Shown: positions 9,148-19,676 of the stretch, in pieces
Layout: every line of letters begins with the position of its first letter
Position numbering within the stretch: position 1 is the first letter of the stretch
From: Gammaproteobacteria bacterium
GTDB lineage: Bacteria; Pseudomonadota; Gammaproteobacteria; GCA-001735895
Assembly: GCA_030066085.1 (NCBI GenBank)
Contig: JASJCI010000022.1
Span: 6,644-70,643 of the forward strand
DNA length: 64,000 nt
Direction: 5' to 3'
Made by a program: the position numbers and the translations under genes
Notes under the pieces: generated by a model
The model's database searches: none
What the model saw: only the letters and a program-made list of their open reading frames with translations
What the model was told of the DNA's origin: nothing

Positions 9148-10263
9148 TCAGAAGTAAACGACCGACTTGATGCTCTTGCCCTCGTGCATCAGGTCGAAGG
9201 CCGTATTGATCTCTTCCAGCTTCATGGTGTGCGTCACCAGCTTGTCGAGCTCGATCTCGCCCCCCATGTACTGGTCGACCATACCGGGCAGTTCAGAGCG
9301 GCCCTTGACGCCGCCGAACGCGGTGCCGATCCACTTTCTGCCGACCACGAGATTGAACGGGCGCGTTTTGATTTCCTGGCCAGCGCCCGCTACGCCGATG
9401 ATGCAGGAGGTGCCCCAGCCCATGTGCGTGCATTCGAGCGCGTCGCGCATGACATTGACCAGACCGGTGCAGTCGAAGGAGTAGTCGACACCGCCGCCGG
9501 TCATTTCCTGGATGTACTCCGGGATCGAGCCGTCGATTTCGGCCGAGTTGATGAAATCGGTGGCGCCGAGCTGGCGCGCGAATGTTTCCTTTTCAGGATT
9601 GATGTCGATCGCGAGGATCCGCTCAGCCTTCGCCATGACCGCACCCTGGATGACCGACAAACCGACGGTGCCGAGACCGAATACCGCCACCGACGAGCCC
9701 GCTTCGACCCTGGACGTGTTCAGTACCGCACCGATGCCGGTGGTCACGCCGCAGCCGAGCAGGCAGGCCATGTCCAGTGGCGCTTCCTTGCTGATCTTGG
9801 CCAGCGCAATCTCCGGCACCACGGTGTACTCGGAGAAAGTAGAACAACCCATGTAGTGGTAAATATCCTTGCCGCCGGCCTTGAATCGCCGGGTGCCGTC
9901 GGGCATGAACCCGGTCCAGATCGTGCCGGCAATCGACTGGCACAGGTTGTTCTTGTCGCTGCTGCAGTAAGCGCAGGTCGGTTCCTGGCATTCTGGAATG
10001 TATAGCGGGATGACGTGATCGCCGGGCTTCAGCGTGGTGACTCCGGGTCCGCATTCGACCACCTCGCAGCCGCCTTCGTGGCCGAGTATCGCCGGGAACG
10101 CAGCTTCCGGATCCTCGCCTGACAGGGAAAACGCATCGGTATGGCAAACGCCGGTGGCGTGTACCCTGAGCAGCACCTCGCCCTCCTTGGGTCCTTCGAC
10201 CTCGACTTCCTCGATGACCAGCGGTTTTTTCGGTTCCCAAGCAATGGCTGCTCTGGCTTTCAT
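9148..10263 (-). CDS. frmA: S-(hydroxymethyl)glutathione dehydrogenase / class III alcohol dehydrogenase
   Basis: 371 aa. GVCHTDA and ILGHEGGG/C zinc-ADH motifs plus the class III signature throughout. GGAGGAGA SD. Confidence 0.9.
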   Translation of the reverse strand: MKARAAIAWEPKKPLVIEEVEVEGPKEGEVLLRVHATGVCHTDAFSLSGEDPEAAFPAILGHEGGCEVVECGPGVTTLKPGDHVIPLYIPECQEPTCAYCSSDKNNLCQSIAGTIWTGFMPDGTRRFKAGGKDIYHYMGCSTFSEYTVVPEIALAKISKEAPLDMACLLGCGVTTGIGAVLNTSRVEAGSSVAVFGLGTVGLSVIQGAVMAKAERILAIDINPEKETFARQLGATDFINSAEIDGSIPEYIQEMTGGGVDYSFDCTGLVNVMRDALECTHMGWGTSCIIGVAGAGQEIKTRPFNLVVGRKWIGTAFGGVKGRSELPGMVDQYMGGEIELDKLVTHTMKLEEINTAFDLMHEGKSIKSVVYF

Positions 10264-10424
10264 AGTCGTCTCCTCCAGGCTTCAATTCGACTTGTTTTCG
10301 AGCCAGACTAAAGTCAATGCTGCGGCGAGTCAAGCCATCGCCGAGCCGGAAAAAAAGCGCAAAATCATTGAATTTATTGCCCAATCCGGACTCAAAACCC
10401 CATTCATCCGGCAGGAGGGTTCCC

Positions 10425-11390
10425 ATGCGCATGTTTGCTTCCCGTAAATCGCGGCTGGTCGCGCTTTGCGGACTGCTGATCGGTCTTGTCGTCTATCAGT
10501 CGGCGATCTCGGCCGGGCCCTCCAACGGCTTCGATCTGTCCAACAGTAGCCTGCCGGTGAATGAAATCAGGCATGGCGGTCCGCCGCGCGACGGTATCCC
10601 GGCGCTGTCCGCGCCGAAAATGCTGGGCGCCGCGGAGGTCGACTACATCGAGCCGCAGGACCGTATCGTCGGTATCGAGATAGGCGGCGAGGCACGCGCC
10701 TACCCGATCGATATTCTCAACTGGCACGAAATCGTCAACGATTCGATCGGCGACAGCCACTTTGCTATCACCTACTGTCCGCTGTGCGGCACCGCGGTTG
10801 CATTCGACGCGCGCATCGCCGGCGAGGTCACCGACTTCGGCGTGTCCGGCCTGCTGTACAACAGCGACGTGCTGCTGTACGACCGCGCCACCGAATCGCT
10901 GTGGTCGCAGATCATGACCCGCGCGATCGCCGGCCCGCGGGTCGGCCAGTCGCTGACCATGCTGCCGATCAGCCATACCACCTGGCGAGACTGGCAGGCG
11001 CGCCATCCGGATACACGGGTGCTGTCGCGCGAAACCGGCCACTCGCGCAACTATGACCGCAATCCCTATGCCGGCTACGAACGGTCACGAACTATTTACT
11101 TCGAGGTCAATAACGAGGCGCCGGACAATTATCACCCCAAGGAAGTTGTCGTTGGCCTCAGCGTCGACGGCGTCCACAAGGCTTACCCGTTCGTCGAGCT
11201 GGATCGGCAGGGCAAGTCGAGCTTCGTCGACCGGGTCAACGGCACGACCTTCAACTTCGACTGGGACAGCGACAACCGCAGCGTACGCATCACCGACCCC
11301 GAGGGACGCGAGGTACCCGCGATCCAGGGCTTCTGGTTCGCCTGGTTCGCGTTTCACCCCGAGACCGAGGTTTTCAAGGCCGAGGGCTAA
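10425..11390 (+). CDS. DUF3179 domain-containing secreted protein
   Basis: Contains FAITYCPLCGTAVAF (DUF3179 core). Start was trimmed to MRMFASRKSRLVALCGLLIGL (signal-peptide-like), which has a GGAGGG SD. Confidence 0.7.
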   Translation: MRMFASRKSRLVALCGLLIGLVVYQSAISAGPSNGFDLSNSSLPVNEIRHGGPPRDGIPALSAPKMLGAAEVDYIEPQDRIVGIEIGGEARAYPIDILNWHEIVNDSIGDSHFAITYCPLCGTAVAFDARIAGEVTDFGVSGLLYNSDVLLYDRATESLWSQIMTRAIAGPRVGQSLTMLPISHTTWRDWQARHPDTRVLSRETGHSRNYDRNPYAGYERSRTIYFEVNNEAPDNYHPKEVVVGLSVDGVHKAYPFVELDRQGKSSFVDRVNGTTFNFDWDSDNRSVRITDPEGREVPAIQGFWFAWFAFHPETEVFKAEG

Positions 11391-11441
11391 AAACCGCTTC
11401 GATGCAGGATTCGTTCAGGCGGGATTAACCCGCCGGGTTTA

Positions 11442-13655
11442 TTGTGCCACAATGTTTTTCATTTCCGGGCTACCTTGCTGCGTACGCATCATCTCCTGCT
11501 CGCCGGGCTGCTGGTCGCGCCCCCGTCCGCTTTCGGCGCGGAAAACTGGGACCTGTGCCGGGTACCGGTGCCGATACCGGTCGAAGCCGCCGCAACGGCA
11601 GCGAGCGACACCTCGATCGTGGCCGACTCGGTCTCGAGCGACGACAGGGAACGTATCCGTTTTTCCGGCGACGTCGAGTTAAGCAGCGGCCAACAGTATA
11701 TTCGCGCCGATGAACTGCAGCTGGACAAGCCCGCGGGAAGCCTGCAGGCGAGCGGCAATGTCGTCTTCCAGGATTCGCAGTATCGCCTGCAGAGCCCGCG
11801 GATCAGCATCGACCAGCCGCGCGACCGGGCCAGTTTCGAACGCCCCGAGTTCGAGCTCTACAGCCGCCACGCGCGCGGCAGCGCGGAACGCATGGAGCGA
11901 CTCGACCGCGAGCGCAGTCGTATCGTCGATCTTTTCTATACTTCCTGCGACCCGGACGACCGGACCTGGCACCTGCGCGCGCAGGAAATGGAACTGGACT
12001 ATGCCAGCGGTCGTGGCACGGCGCGGCACACGCGACTGTATTTGCAGGATGTTCCGTTCATGTACCTGCCCTGGTTCCAGTTTCCGGTCGACGATCGGCG
12101 CCTCAGCGGCCTGCTTACACCGAGCTTCGGCTATTCCGAAGACAACGGCAGCGAACTGCAGCTGCCCGTCTACTGGAACATGGCGCCCAACTACGACATG
12201 ACGATCACGCCGGCCTGGTACGAAAAGCGCGGCGGGCAGTTGAACACCGAGAACCGCTACCTGTTCAGGCGCAATAGTGGTCAGCTCGACCTGTCCTGGA
12301 TCGACGATCGCCGCTTCGACGACACCCGCTGGTTCCAGCAGTGGCAACACCAGGGCCGTCCCGGGCTCGGCACGGTTGCCGATCTGCGCCTGGCCGACGT
12401 TTCGGACGGCGAGTTCTTCGACGACTTCGGCAGCGTCGCGCCGCAATACAACGATGTCAGCCACCTCGAGCGCCGTGTCCGCCTGGCGCGCCCCGGCGAT
12501 TTCTGGGAAGCGGAACTGCTGTGGCAGGACTACAAGACGCTCGACGAGGATACCGCCACGGAAGACCGGCCTTACGACCGCTTGCCGCGCCTCGGCCTGA
12601 GTGGCGAATTCCGCTCGCGGCCGGCCGCGCTGCGGGCCCCGCTCGAACTCGAATGGGTCAACTTCGAGCGCGACGACAGCGTCACCGGCGAACGCAGCCA
12701 CGTCGCCGGCTCGCTGATCTGGCGCGCCGAGCAAAGCTGGTACTTCGTCGAACCCGAACTCAAGCTCGCGGCTACCGATTATCGCCTCGACGACAACAAC
12801 CTCGGCGACGACCGCATCGACCGCGTACTGCCGACATACGCAATCGACAGCGGGCTGGTTTTCGATCGTCGCACCGGTCCCGACAATCGCTGGCGACAGA
12901 CGCTGGAGCCGCGACTTTACCTGCTGCACACTCCGTTCGAGGCGCAGGACGATATTCCCGATTTCGATACCTCGCTGCTGGTCAGCACCTACGATAACCT
13001 GTTCCGCAACAACCGTTTCAGCGGCGTCGATCGCATCGGCGATGCAACCCGGGTCACCATGGGCCTCGCCAGCCGGCTGTTCGACGACACCAACGGCCGC
13101 GAGTTGCTGCAGGCCCGCGCCGGCCAGATCTACCATTTCAAGGATCGACGCGTCAGTCTCGACGGCAGTCGCGACGACGCCAGCCGATCCGACCTGATCG
13201 CCGAACTGGATATCTGGCCGAACGCGCGAACCCGTGTCGCGAGCCGCTTCGTCTACGACGAGGAAACCAGTGATGTCGACGAGCGCGATTTTTCGGTCAA
13301 CTACGCCGATTCCGGCTTCGCCGCCAATATCGGCTACTTTTTCACGGAAGACGAACTGGAACAGGCCGTGCTATCGCTGGTCTATCCTGTCGATGAACGC
13401 TGGACGCTGTTCGCCAAGTACCACCAGTCGCTGCTATTCGACAAGCCGGTCGATCACCTGCTCGGGCTGGCCTATGAATCCTGCTGCTGGGGGCTTAAAA
13501 TACTCGCCGGCCAGAGCGGCGATGACGACGATGATTTCGCCGACACCGACAACCAGGTTTCGATCGAAATCACCCTCAAGGGACTGAGCGACGCCGGCGA
13601 AGATATCGATACCCGGTTGCGCCAGGCCATACCCGGTTACCAAGCGAGATTTTAA
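11442..13655 (+). CDS. lptD: LPS-assembly protein LptD (OstA/Imp)
   Basis: 737 aa. The OstA N-terminal domain plus C-terminal beta-barrel pattern, followed directly by surA and pdxA. Start codon (TTG) is uncertain. Confidence 0.85.
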   Translation: MCHNVFHFRATLLRTHHLLLAGLLVAPPSAFGAENWDLCRVPVPIPVEAAATAASDTSIVADSVSSDDRERIRFSGDVELSSGQQYIRADELQLDKPAGSLQASGNVVFQDSQYRLQSPRISIDQPRDRASFERPEFELYSRHARGSAERMERLDRERSRIVDLFYTSCDPDDRTWHLRAQEMELDYASGRGTARHTRLYLQDVPFMYLPWFQFPVDDRRLSGLLTPSFGYSEDNGSELQLPVYWNMAPNYDMTITPAWYEKRGGQLNTENRYLFRRNSGQLDLSWIDDRRFDDTRWFQQWQHQGRPGLGTVADLRLADVSDGEFFDDFGSVAPQYNDVSHLERRVRLARPGDFWEAELLWQDYKTLDEDTATEDRPYDRLPRLGLSGEFRSRPAALRAPLELEWVNFERDDSVTGERSHVAGSLIWRAEQSWYFVEPELKLAATDYRLDDNNLGDDRIDRVLPTYAIDSGLVFDRRTGPDNRWRQTLEPRLYLLHTPFEAQDDIPDFDTSLLVSTYDNLFRNNRFSGVDRIGDATRVTMGLASRLFDDTNGRELLQARAGQIYHFKDRRVSLDGSRDDASRSDLIAELDIWPNARTRVASRFVYDEETSDVDERDFSVNYADSGFAANIGYFFTEDELEQAVLSLVYPVDERWTLFAKYHQSLLFDKPVDHLLGLAYESCCWGLKILAGQSGDDDDDFADTDNQVSIEITLKGLSDAGEDIDTRLRQAIPGYQARF

Positions 13656-13659
13656 CGCT

Positions 13660-14946
13660 ATGCAACGTTTACTGATCTGCACCCTGCTGGCGGCCCTGGC
13701 GGCCTTGCCGGCAAGGGCCGAGGAAGTCACCATCGACAGGATCATCGCGATCGTCGATGACAGCGTGATTACCCAGCGCGACCTGCAGAATCGAATCCGG
13801 CTGATCGAAGCGGACTTTCGCCGCGGCAACCGGCGCATGCCGCCCGCCGATGTCCTGCGCAGGCAGGTGCTCGAAGGCCTGATCAGCGATTCGCTGCTGT
13901 TGCAGGAAGCACAACGCCGCGGCGTGCGTATCACCGACAGCCAACTCAACCAGACCATGCAGCGCATCGCCCGGCAAAGCAACATGAGCCTGTCGGATTA
14001 CCGCCGCGAAATCATAGCCGACGGTCTCGATTACGAACAGTATCGCGAGACCGTGCGCCGCGAAATCACGATTTCGACCCTGCGCAACCAGTACGGTCAG
14101 CGCAATGCGAGTATCAGCGACACCGAGGTCGACGAATTCATCGCCAACAGCGGTGAAGACGAAGTCAACTACGAGTACCACCTGTCGCACATCCTGATCG
14201 CGGTACCCGACGCGGCTTCGCCGGAAACCGTCGAACAGGCGCAGCGCCTGGCCGAGGAACTGATCAGCCGACTGGACCAGGGCGAAGCCTTCGACGAGCT
14301 GGCCAACACCTTCTCCGCCGGCGACACCGCGTTGCAGGGGGGCGATCTCGGCTGGCGCAAGCGCGCCGAGATCCCGAGCCTGTTCACCGAACCTGCGCTC
14401 GGGCTCGAACCCGGTGGATATGACGGCCCGATTCGCAGCGCCAGCGGTTTTCACATCGTGCACCTGCGCGACCGCCGCAACGCCGAGCAGGTGCTGGTGA
14501 CGCAATTGCGTACGCGGCACATCCTGATCAAGCCCAACGAACTGATTTCCGAAGAGGACGCGCGCGCGCGTCTCGCGGAGTTCCGCGAACGGATTCTCGA
14601 CGGCGAGGATTTCGCGCGCCTCGCGCGGCTTTACTCCGTGGACTACGTCACCGGCGCCGAGGGCGGCGACGTCGGCTGGGCCGAGATGCGCACCATGGCT
14701 CCCGAATACGCGGAAACCGCCGAGCGGCTCGAGATCGGACAATTGAGCGAACCCTTCCGCACCCGCTTCGGCTGGCACCTGCTGGAGGTCACGGATCGCA
14801 AGACGGTGGACGAAACCCGGCGCAGCAAGCGCGAGCGCATCCGCTCGCAGCTGTTGCAGCAAAAACAGGCCGAGGTATTCGACCTGTGGAAAAGGCGCCT
14901 GCGCGACGAAGCCTTCGTCGTGTTCCCGGGGCAATCCGATGCCTGA
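13660..14946 (+). CDS. surA: Periplasmic chaperone / PPIase SurA
   Basis: 428 aa, signal peptide, SurA N-domain and two parvulin PPIase domains (GFHIVHL, GWHLLEV). Confidence 0.9.
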   Translation: MQRLLICTLLAALAALPARAEEVTIDRIIAIVDDSVITQRDLQNRIRLIEADFRRGNRRMPPADVLRRQVLEGLISDSLLLQEAQRRGVRITDSQLNQTMQRIARQSNMSLSDYRREIIADGLDYEQYRETVRREITISTLRNQYGQRNASISDTEVDEFIANSGEDEVNYEYHLSHILIAVPDAASPETVEQAQRLAEELISRLDQGEAFDELANTFSAGDTALQGGDLGWRKRAEIPSLFTEPALGLEPGGYDGPIRSASGFHIVHLRDRRNAEQVLVTQLRTRHILIKPNELISEEDARARLAEFRERILDGEDFARLARLYSVDYVTGAEGGDVGWAEMRTMAPEYAETAERLEIGQLSEPFRTRFGWHLLEVTDRKTVDETRRSKRERIRSQLLQQKQAEVFDLWKRRLRDEAFVVFPGQSDA

Positions 14947-15919
14947 TCCCTGCCTCGTCATCACGACGGGTGAACCCGCGGGTATCGGGCCGGATATCGT
15001 CGTCGGACTGGATTCGGCCGCGTTCGACGCCCGCCTGGTGATTGTCGGCAACCGCGCCCTGCTGGAGGAGCGTGCCGCTGCGCTCGGCGTCGACCTGCGC
15101 CTGGTCGAGTACGGCGCGCTGCGCACCGAGGGCGCAATGGAGCTGATCGACGTCCCGCTCGCGGCCGCGAGCCAGCCCGGCCAGCTCGACGCGGCCAACG
15201 CGAGTTACGTGCTCGAGTTGCTGGAACGCGCCTGCCGCGGTTGCCTCGACGGTGAATTCGACGCCATGGTCACCGCGCCCGTCAGCAAGGAAATCATCAA
15301 CAGCGCCGGTATCGGTTTCAGCGGCCATACCGAGTACCTGGCCGAGCTTTGCGCCAGCGGCCGGCCCGTCATGCTGCTGATCGCGGGTAACCTGCGCGTG
15401 GCGCTGGTCACCACGCATATGCCGCTGCGCGCGGTTGCGGATGCAATCAGCGGTGAATTGATCGAGCAAATCGCCACGCTGCTGCACGCCGGGCTGCAGT
15501 CGCACTTCGGCCTGCCGAATCCCCGTATCAAGGTTTGCGGCCTGAACCCGCATGCCGGCGAGAACGGTTACCTCGGCCACGAGGAGAACGAGATCATCAT
15601 CCCGGCGCTGCAGCGGCTGCGCGACCAGGGCATCGACGTGCCCGGACCCTACCCGGCGGATACGCTGTTCACCCAGGCACAGCTCGCCGACGCCGACGCC
15701 ATCCTGGCCATGTACCACGACCAGGGTCTGCCGGTGCTCAAGCACTACGGTTTCCACGCCGCGGTGAATACCACCCTCGGGCTGCCCATCGTCCGCACCT
15801 CGGTTGATCACGGCACCGCGCTCGATCTCGCCGGCACGGGCGAGGCGCGGCCGGACAGCCTGGTTGCGGCGATCGAGTCCGCGTTGTACCAGGTGCGCTG
15901 CCGTCAGCCGCAGGTCTGA
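14939..15919 (+). CDS. pdxA: 4-hydroxythreonine-4-phosphate dehydrogenase
   Basis: 326 aa. Conserved PdxA blocks (TTGEPAGIGPD, GLNPHAGENG). 8-nt overlap with surA. Confidence 0.9.
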   Translation: MPDPCLVITTGEPAGIGPDIVVGLDSAAFDARLVIVGNRALLEERAAALGVDLRLVEYGALRTEGAMELIDVPLAAASQPGQLDAANASYVLELLERACRGCLDGEFDAMVTAPVSKEIINSAGIGFSGHTEYLAELCASGRPVMLLIAGNLRVALVTTHMPLRAVADAISGELIEQIATLLHAGLQSHFGLPNPRIKVCGLNPHAGENGYLGHEENEIIIPALQRLRDQGIDVPGPYPADTLFTQAQLADADAILAMYHDQGLPVLKHYGFHAAVNTTLGLPIVRTSVDHGTALDLAGTGEARPDSLVAAIESALYQVRCRQPQV

Positions 15920-16023
15920 GCTGACAGCGACGCAGCCAACGGCAACCCGGGCCGATTTCAGCCGCTCATCGCGACCGCTCCCGGCTCGTTATGCGCCACA
16001 CCGGGTGTGCGCGCGCCATAACG

Positions 16024-17775
16024 CTACGACGAACAACTCATATGCGATAGTCCGCCGATATCACTGAACCGGGACGGCTTTAACCGATAGTATTTCTCTT
16101 CCACGGCCGTGGACTGCTCGGCGTAAGGCTGGGTCATCACGTCCTGCAGTTCCCTGATCAACCTGTAGTCACCCCTGGCCGCTTGCTTGTACGCCGGGGC
16201 CAGCAGCCATTCGCGCAGACTGTATTTTGGGTTCACGCTTTTCATTTGCCTGGAAATGTCTCCGGGTAATTGTGGCTGGGCGCTAGCGGGATCGATCCGT
16301 TTGGCAATCAGTGATTTCCACCTGCTCAACCAGCCGGACCAGCGCTGTTCCATTGCATGATCCAGTTGCCGGTAAAAGCTTTTCTCGAGCGTACCGATGT
16401 CATCAGGCAGTGATGATAGTTCGCGGAAGAAAATGGTGTAGTCGACGGGCGTTTGCATCATGAGCATCACGAGATCCTGGATCAGCGACGCGTCAAACTG
16501 GTCGAGTCCGAGCTTGCTCGCCCACATTTTTTCCAGTGCCTGGCGCATCACCGCGGCAAAACCGCTTTGAATCGCGTCCAATCGTTGCGCGGCTTCCTGG
16601 TTTGACTCCAGCAACGGTTGCAACGCCCGGCAAAACATCGCGAAGTTACGTTCGGCTGCCGCGGGCTGGTTCCACAAGGCAAAGTGCTGTCCACCGCCTG
16701 TCCATGGCTGGAAATACGGATCAAATACCTCACAGAATCCGAACGGGCCATAATCCAGGGTAAAACCGCCGACGGCGCAGTTGTCACTGTTGAAATTGCC
16801 CTGGCAGTAGCCGACACGGATCCAGTTCGCCACCAGCGCGGTTAAACGCGCACGAAATTCCTGTGCCAGCAGCACAACCTGGTCAGCTATGCCGAGTTCA
16901 CTATCGATGACATCGGTATACTCGCGATCGATTAAATGCAAAACAATCTGCTCGAGTTCTCGCAGCGCGGCAGGGTGTTCCTCGTTGCGGGCACGTCGAC
17001 CGAAAAGTTCGATTTGACCTACCCGCATAAACGACGGCGCAACGCGGGTCGAGATCGCGACAGCTTCCGACACGAGCATGTCCGGATCCTGCGATCGAGA
17101 GCCCTCGGAGTACCAGGGACGCCGGACTGTCTCTGTTTTCGAGACATACAGGCTCAAGGATCGTGATGTCGGTACACCGAGCGCGTGCATATGCTCCTGG
17201 GCCAGGAATTCCCGCACGCTCGATCGCAATACAGCGCGACCATCCGCGCCACGGCAATAGGGCGTCCGGCCACCACCCTTGAGCTGCATTTCCCAACGCC
17301 GGCCTTCGACGACGGCCTCGAGTACCGAAACGGCGCGCCCATCACCATAGCCGTTACCCGTCTGAAACGGACACTGCTGAGTGTATTCGGTACCGAAGAT
17401 AGAGAGTCCATAACCGGTGGCCCAACCCACCTTGCACATCGGCGCCGGTACCTGCGAAAGGTCACCACTAAACATCCGCATGAAGTCTTTCGCGACTGCC
17501 ATGCGGTCAGCAAATCCCAGCTCATGGAAAAACTGCCTGCTGTGCGCGACGTACTCGGGATCTTCGATGGGTGTCGGCCTGACGGTAACATAGTGCCCGC
17601 TAAATACCTGTCGCGGGGCATGGTCCGCGCCGTTTTCCGTCGCTTCGGGATCGCATGTCAGTGCGTCCATCAACGAATAGTCCACTAACCCTGCAAGATC
17701 TTCTAACGTCGAGACGGCCGGGGGTGTTTCCTTGGAATGTTTGTTTTCCGCAGCCGCGGTGGTATCTAACAACAT
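16024..17775 (-). CDS. selO: Protein adenylyltransferase SelO (YdiU/UPF0061)
   Basis: 583 aa. Characteristic SelO blocks throughout ([32 protein letters not shown]-like region). Confidence 0.85.
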   Translation of the reverse strand: MLLDTTAAAENKHSKETPPAVSTLEDLAGLVDYSLMDALTCDPEATENGADHAPRQVFSGHYVTVRPTPIEDPEYVAHSRQFFHELGFADRMAVAKDFMRMFSGDLSQVPAPMCKVGWATGYGLSIFGTEYTQQCPFQTGNGYGDGRAVSVLEAVVEGRRWEMQLKGGGRTPYCRGADGRAVLRSSVREFLAQEHMHALGVPTSRSLSLYVSKTETVRRPWYSEGSRSQDPDMLVSEAVAISTRVAPSFMRVGQIELFGRRARNEEHPAALRELEQIVLHLIDREYTDVIDSELGIADQVVLLAQEFRARLTALVANWIRVGYCQGNFNSDNCAVGGFTLDYGPFGFCEVFDPYFQPWTGGGQHFALWNQPAAAERNFAMFCRALQPLLESNQEAAQRLDAIQSGFAAVMRQALEKMWASKLGLDQFDASLIQDLVMLMMQTPVDYTIFFRELSSLPDDIGTLEKSFYRQLDHAMEQRWSGWLSRWKSLIAKRIDPASAQPQLPGDISRQMKSVNPKYSLREWLLAPAYKQAARGDYRLIRELQDVMTQPYAEQSTAVEEKYYRLKPSRFSDIGGLSHMSCSS

Positions 17776-18014
17776 TTATCTGCAATACCGTGCAATAGTT
17801 TGTAACCGGGTCGGTAAACCGGTTTCTCTAAAATAAGACCTTCGCGCTTTTCGTCAAGGCTTAAAATCTCTTTTCCGATTTCCTAAGCGCCTGGTTTTAT
17901 TGGATAATCCCGACTCTTCGTAGTCATCCTCGAATGGTTTTGTCGGGGATCTCGCAATTTTTACAAGATTCCCGCTAAATGCATGCGGGAATAACGGGAT
18001 CAATTGAATTCAGC

Positions 18015-18803
18015 ATGGGTAATCCGCCGGCACACAGGGCCAGGAAGAGGTTTGGCCAGCACTTCCTGCATGACCGCGATGTCATCGAACGCATCCTGCA
18101 GGCGCTGGATCCGCGGCCGGGACAGTCGATCTGCGAGATCGGTCCGGGGCGCGGCGCGCTGACCGTGCCGCTGCTGCAGCGCTGTCGGAGGCTGACCGCG
18201 ATCGAGCTCGATCGCGACCTGGCCGCGCGCCTGCCGGCGCAGGCGGCGGCCCACGGCGAACTCGAGCTGATCGCGGCCGACGCGCTCGATTTCGATTTCC
18301 ACCAACTGCCCGGCGCCGGGTCCTGGCGCCTGGTCGGCAACCTGCCCTACAATATTTCGACACCCCTGCTGTTTCACCTGTACCAATCGCTGGAGCGCAT
18401 CGAAGACATGCATTTCATGCTGCAAAAAGAGGTCGCCGCTCGCATCGTGGCCGAACCCGGCACTTCCAGTTACGGCCGCCTGTCGGTGATGCTGCAGCTG
18501 CGATGCGACTGCCACGAACTGTTCGACGTGGCGCCGGACAGCTTTACGCCGCCGCCGCGGGTGAACTCGAGCGTGATTCGCATGCTGCCGCTGGCGCGTC
18601 CGCGCCACGAGATCGGCGACGCCGCGCGCTTTGCCAGGATCGTCGAGACCGCGTTCAACCAGCGGCGCAAGACCGTCGCCAACTCGCTGCGCTCACTGGT
18701 ATCGCGGGATGACCTGATCGCCTGCGAGATCGACCCGCGCAAGCGCGCCGAAAACCTGGCAATCGAGGACTATGCCAGGCTCAGCCGGAGCAGCCGGGTA
18801 TGA
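18015..18803 (+). CDS. rsmA: 16S rRNA (adenine1518/1519-N6)-dimethyltransferase RsmA/KsgA
   Basis: ARKRFGQHFL and EIGPGRGALT motifs. Start trimmed to ATG 18015; the ORF track starts at 17979. Confidence 0.9.
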   Translation: MGNPPAHRARKRFGQHFLHDRDVIERILQALDPRPGQSICEIGPGRGALTVPLLQRCRRLTAIELDRDLAARLPAQAAAHGELELIAADALDFDFHQLPGAGSWRLVGNLPYNISTPLLFHLYQSLERIEDMHFMLQKEVAARIVAEPGTSSYGRLSVMLQLRCDCHELFDVAPDSFTPPPRVNSSVIRMLPLARPRHEIGDAARFARIVETAFNQRRKTVANSLRSLVSRDDLIACEIDPRKRAENLAIEDYARLSRSSRV

Positions 18804-19291
18804 CCCGCGTATCGATGATCGTGGCCATGGACGAGAACCGGCTGATCGGCCGGGACAACGCGCTGCCCTGGCACCTGCCCGCCGACCTGGCGCATTTCAA
18901 GCGCACCACGATGGGTAAACCGATTGTCATGGGACGCAAGACCTGGCAGTCGATCGGCCGGCCGCTGCCCGGCCGGCAAAACATCGTCGTTACGCGTAAC
19001 CCGGACTTCACGGCAGCGGGCTGCGATCTCGCCGACAGCATCGAATCCGCGCTCGCGCTGGCCGGTGATGTCGACGAGATCATGCTGATCGGTGGTGCCG
19101 GCCTGTACGCACAGGCCATGCCGCTGGCCAGCCGGCTTTACCTGACCCTGATCCATCATCGTTTCGCGCAGGGTGACGCCTGGTTTCCCGAGATCGGCGC
19201 CGACTGGACGATCGCCGAGCAACGCCGGTTTGACGCGGATCAAGACAATCCCTACCCGTTTTCGTTTATAAATTTTGTGCGGGAAATATGA
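18800..19291 (+). CDS. folA: Dihydrofolate reductase
   Basis: 163 aa, IVAMDENRLIGRDNALPWHLPADLAHFK. ATGA overlap with the rsmA stop. ATG 18815 is an alternative start. Confidence 0.9.
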   Translation: MTRVSMIVAMDENRLIGRDNALPWHLPADLAHFKRTTMGKPIVMGRKTWQSIGRPLPGRQNIVVTRNPDFTAAGCDLADSIESALALAGDVDEIMLIGGAGLYAQAMPLASRLYLTLIHHRFAQGDAWFPEIGADWTIAEQRRFDADQDNPYPFSFINFVREI

Positions 19292-19374
19292 TTTTTTTTC
19301 GGTTAGACTAAACCGCCCCTTGGGTAGCAGGGATATTCCGCGTGGAAAAAGATATCAACGAGGAAGTCAGACGC

Positions 19375-19662
19375 ATGGAAAGTCGGACATATATCATCGG
19401 CCGCGAGGGTCACATCTATATCAACGACCCGACCGTCAGCAAGCAGCATGCCGAGATCCAGGTTATCAACGGGGAGGTCTACCTGCGCGACCTGAATTCG
19501 ACCAACGGTACTTTCCTGATCAAGAACAACCGGCTGGTGCCTTTTCACGAGGGTTACGTGCAGCTGCATCAGCCCATCGTGCTCGGCAACCGCCAGTACA
19601 CGGTGCAAAGCCTGCTGGAGATTGCCGGGGCGTTCGCCGCCCAGTACGATACTTCCGACTAG
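19375..19662 (+). CDS. Stand-alone FHA-domain protein (about 95 aa)
   Basis: YIIGRE...NDPTVSKQHAEI...YLRDLNSTNGTFL is the FHA core. GAGGAAG SD 8 nt before ATG 19375; the ORF track start at 19342 is GTG. Local GC is lower than surrounding sequence. Confidence 0.7.
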   Translation: MESRTYIIGREGHIYINDPTVSKQHAEIQVINGEVYLRDLNSTNGTFLIKNNRLVPFHEGYVQLHQPIVLGNRQYTVQSLLEIAGAFAAQYDTSD

Positions 19663-19676
19663 CGGCCGACCGGCGG

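Noticed and set aside
9130-10005. 291-aa plus-strand ORF antisense to frmA
   Set aside because: Fully contained in the highly conserved class III ADH gene on the other strand, with a low-complexity translation.
11679-15198. Long minus-strand ORFs (485 aa, 509 aa) across lptD and surA
   Set aside because: Antisense to unmistakable LptD and SurA; a GC-driven open frame.
15950-16000. Imperfect palindrome (ttatgcgccacaccgggtgtgcgcgcgccataa) between convergent pdxA and selO as a bidirectional terminator
   Set aside because: The stem is imperfect and there is no flanking T/A run. It is plausibly a terminator but not supportable as a feature.
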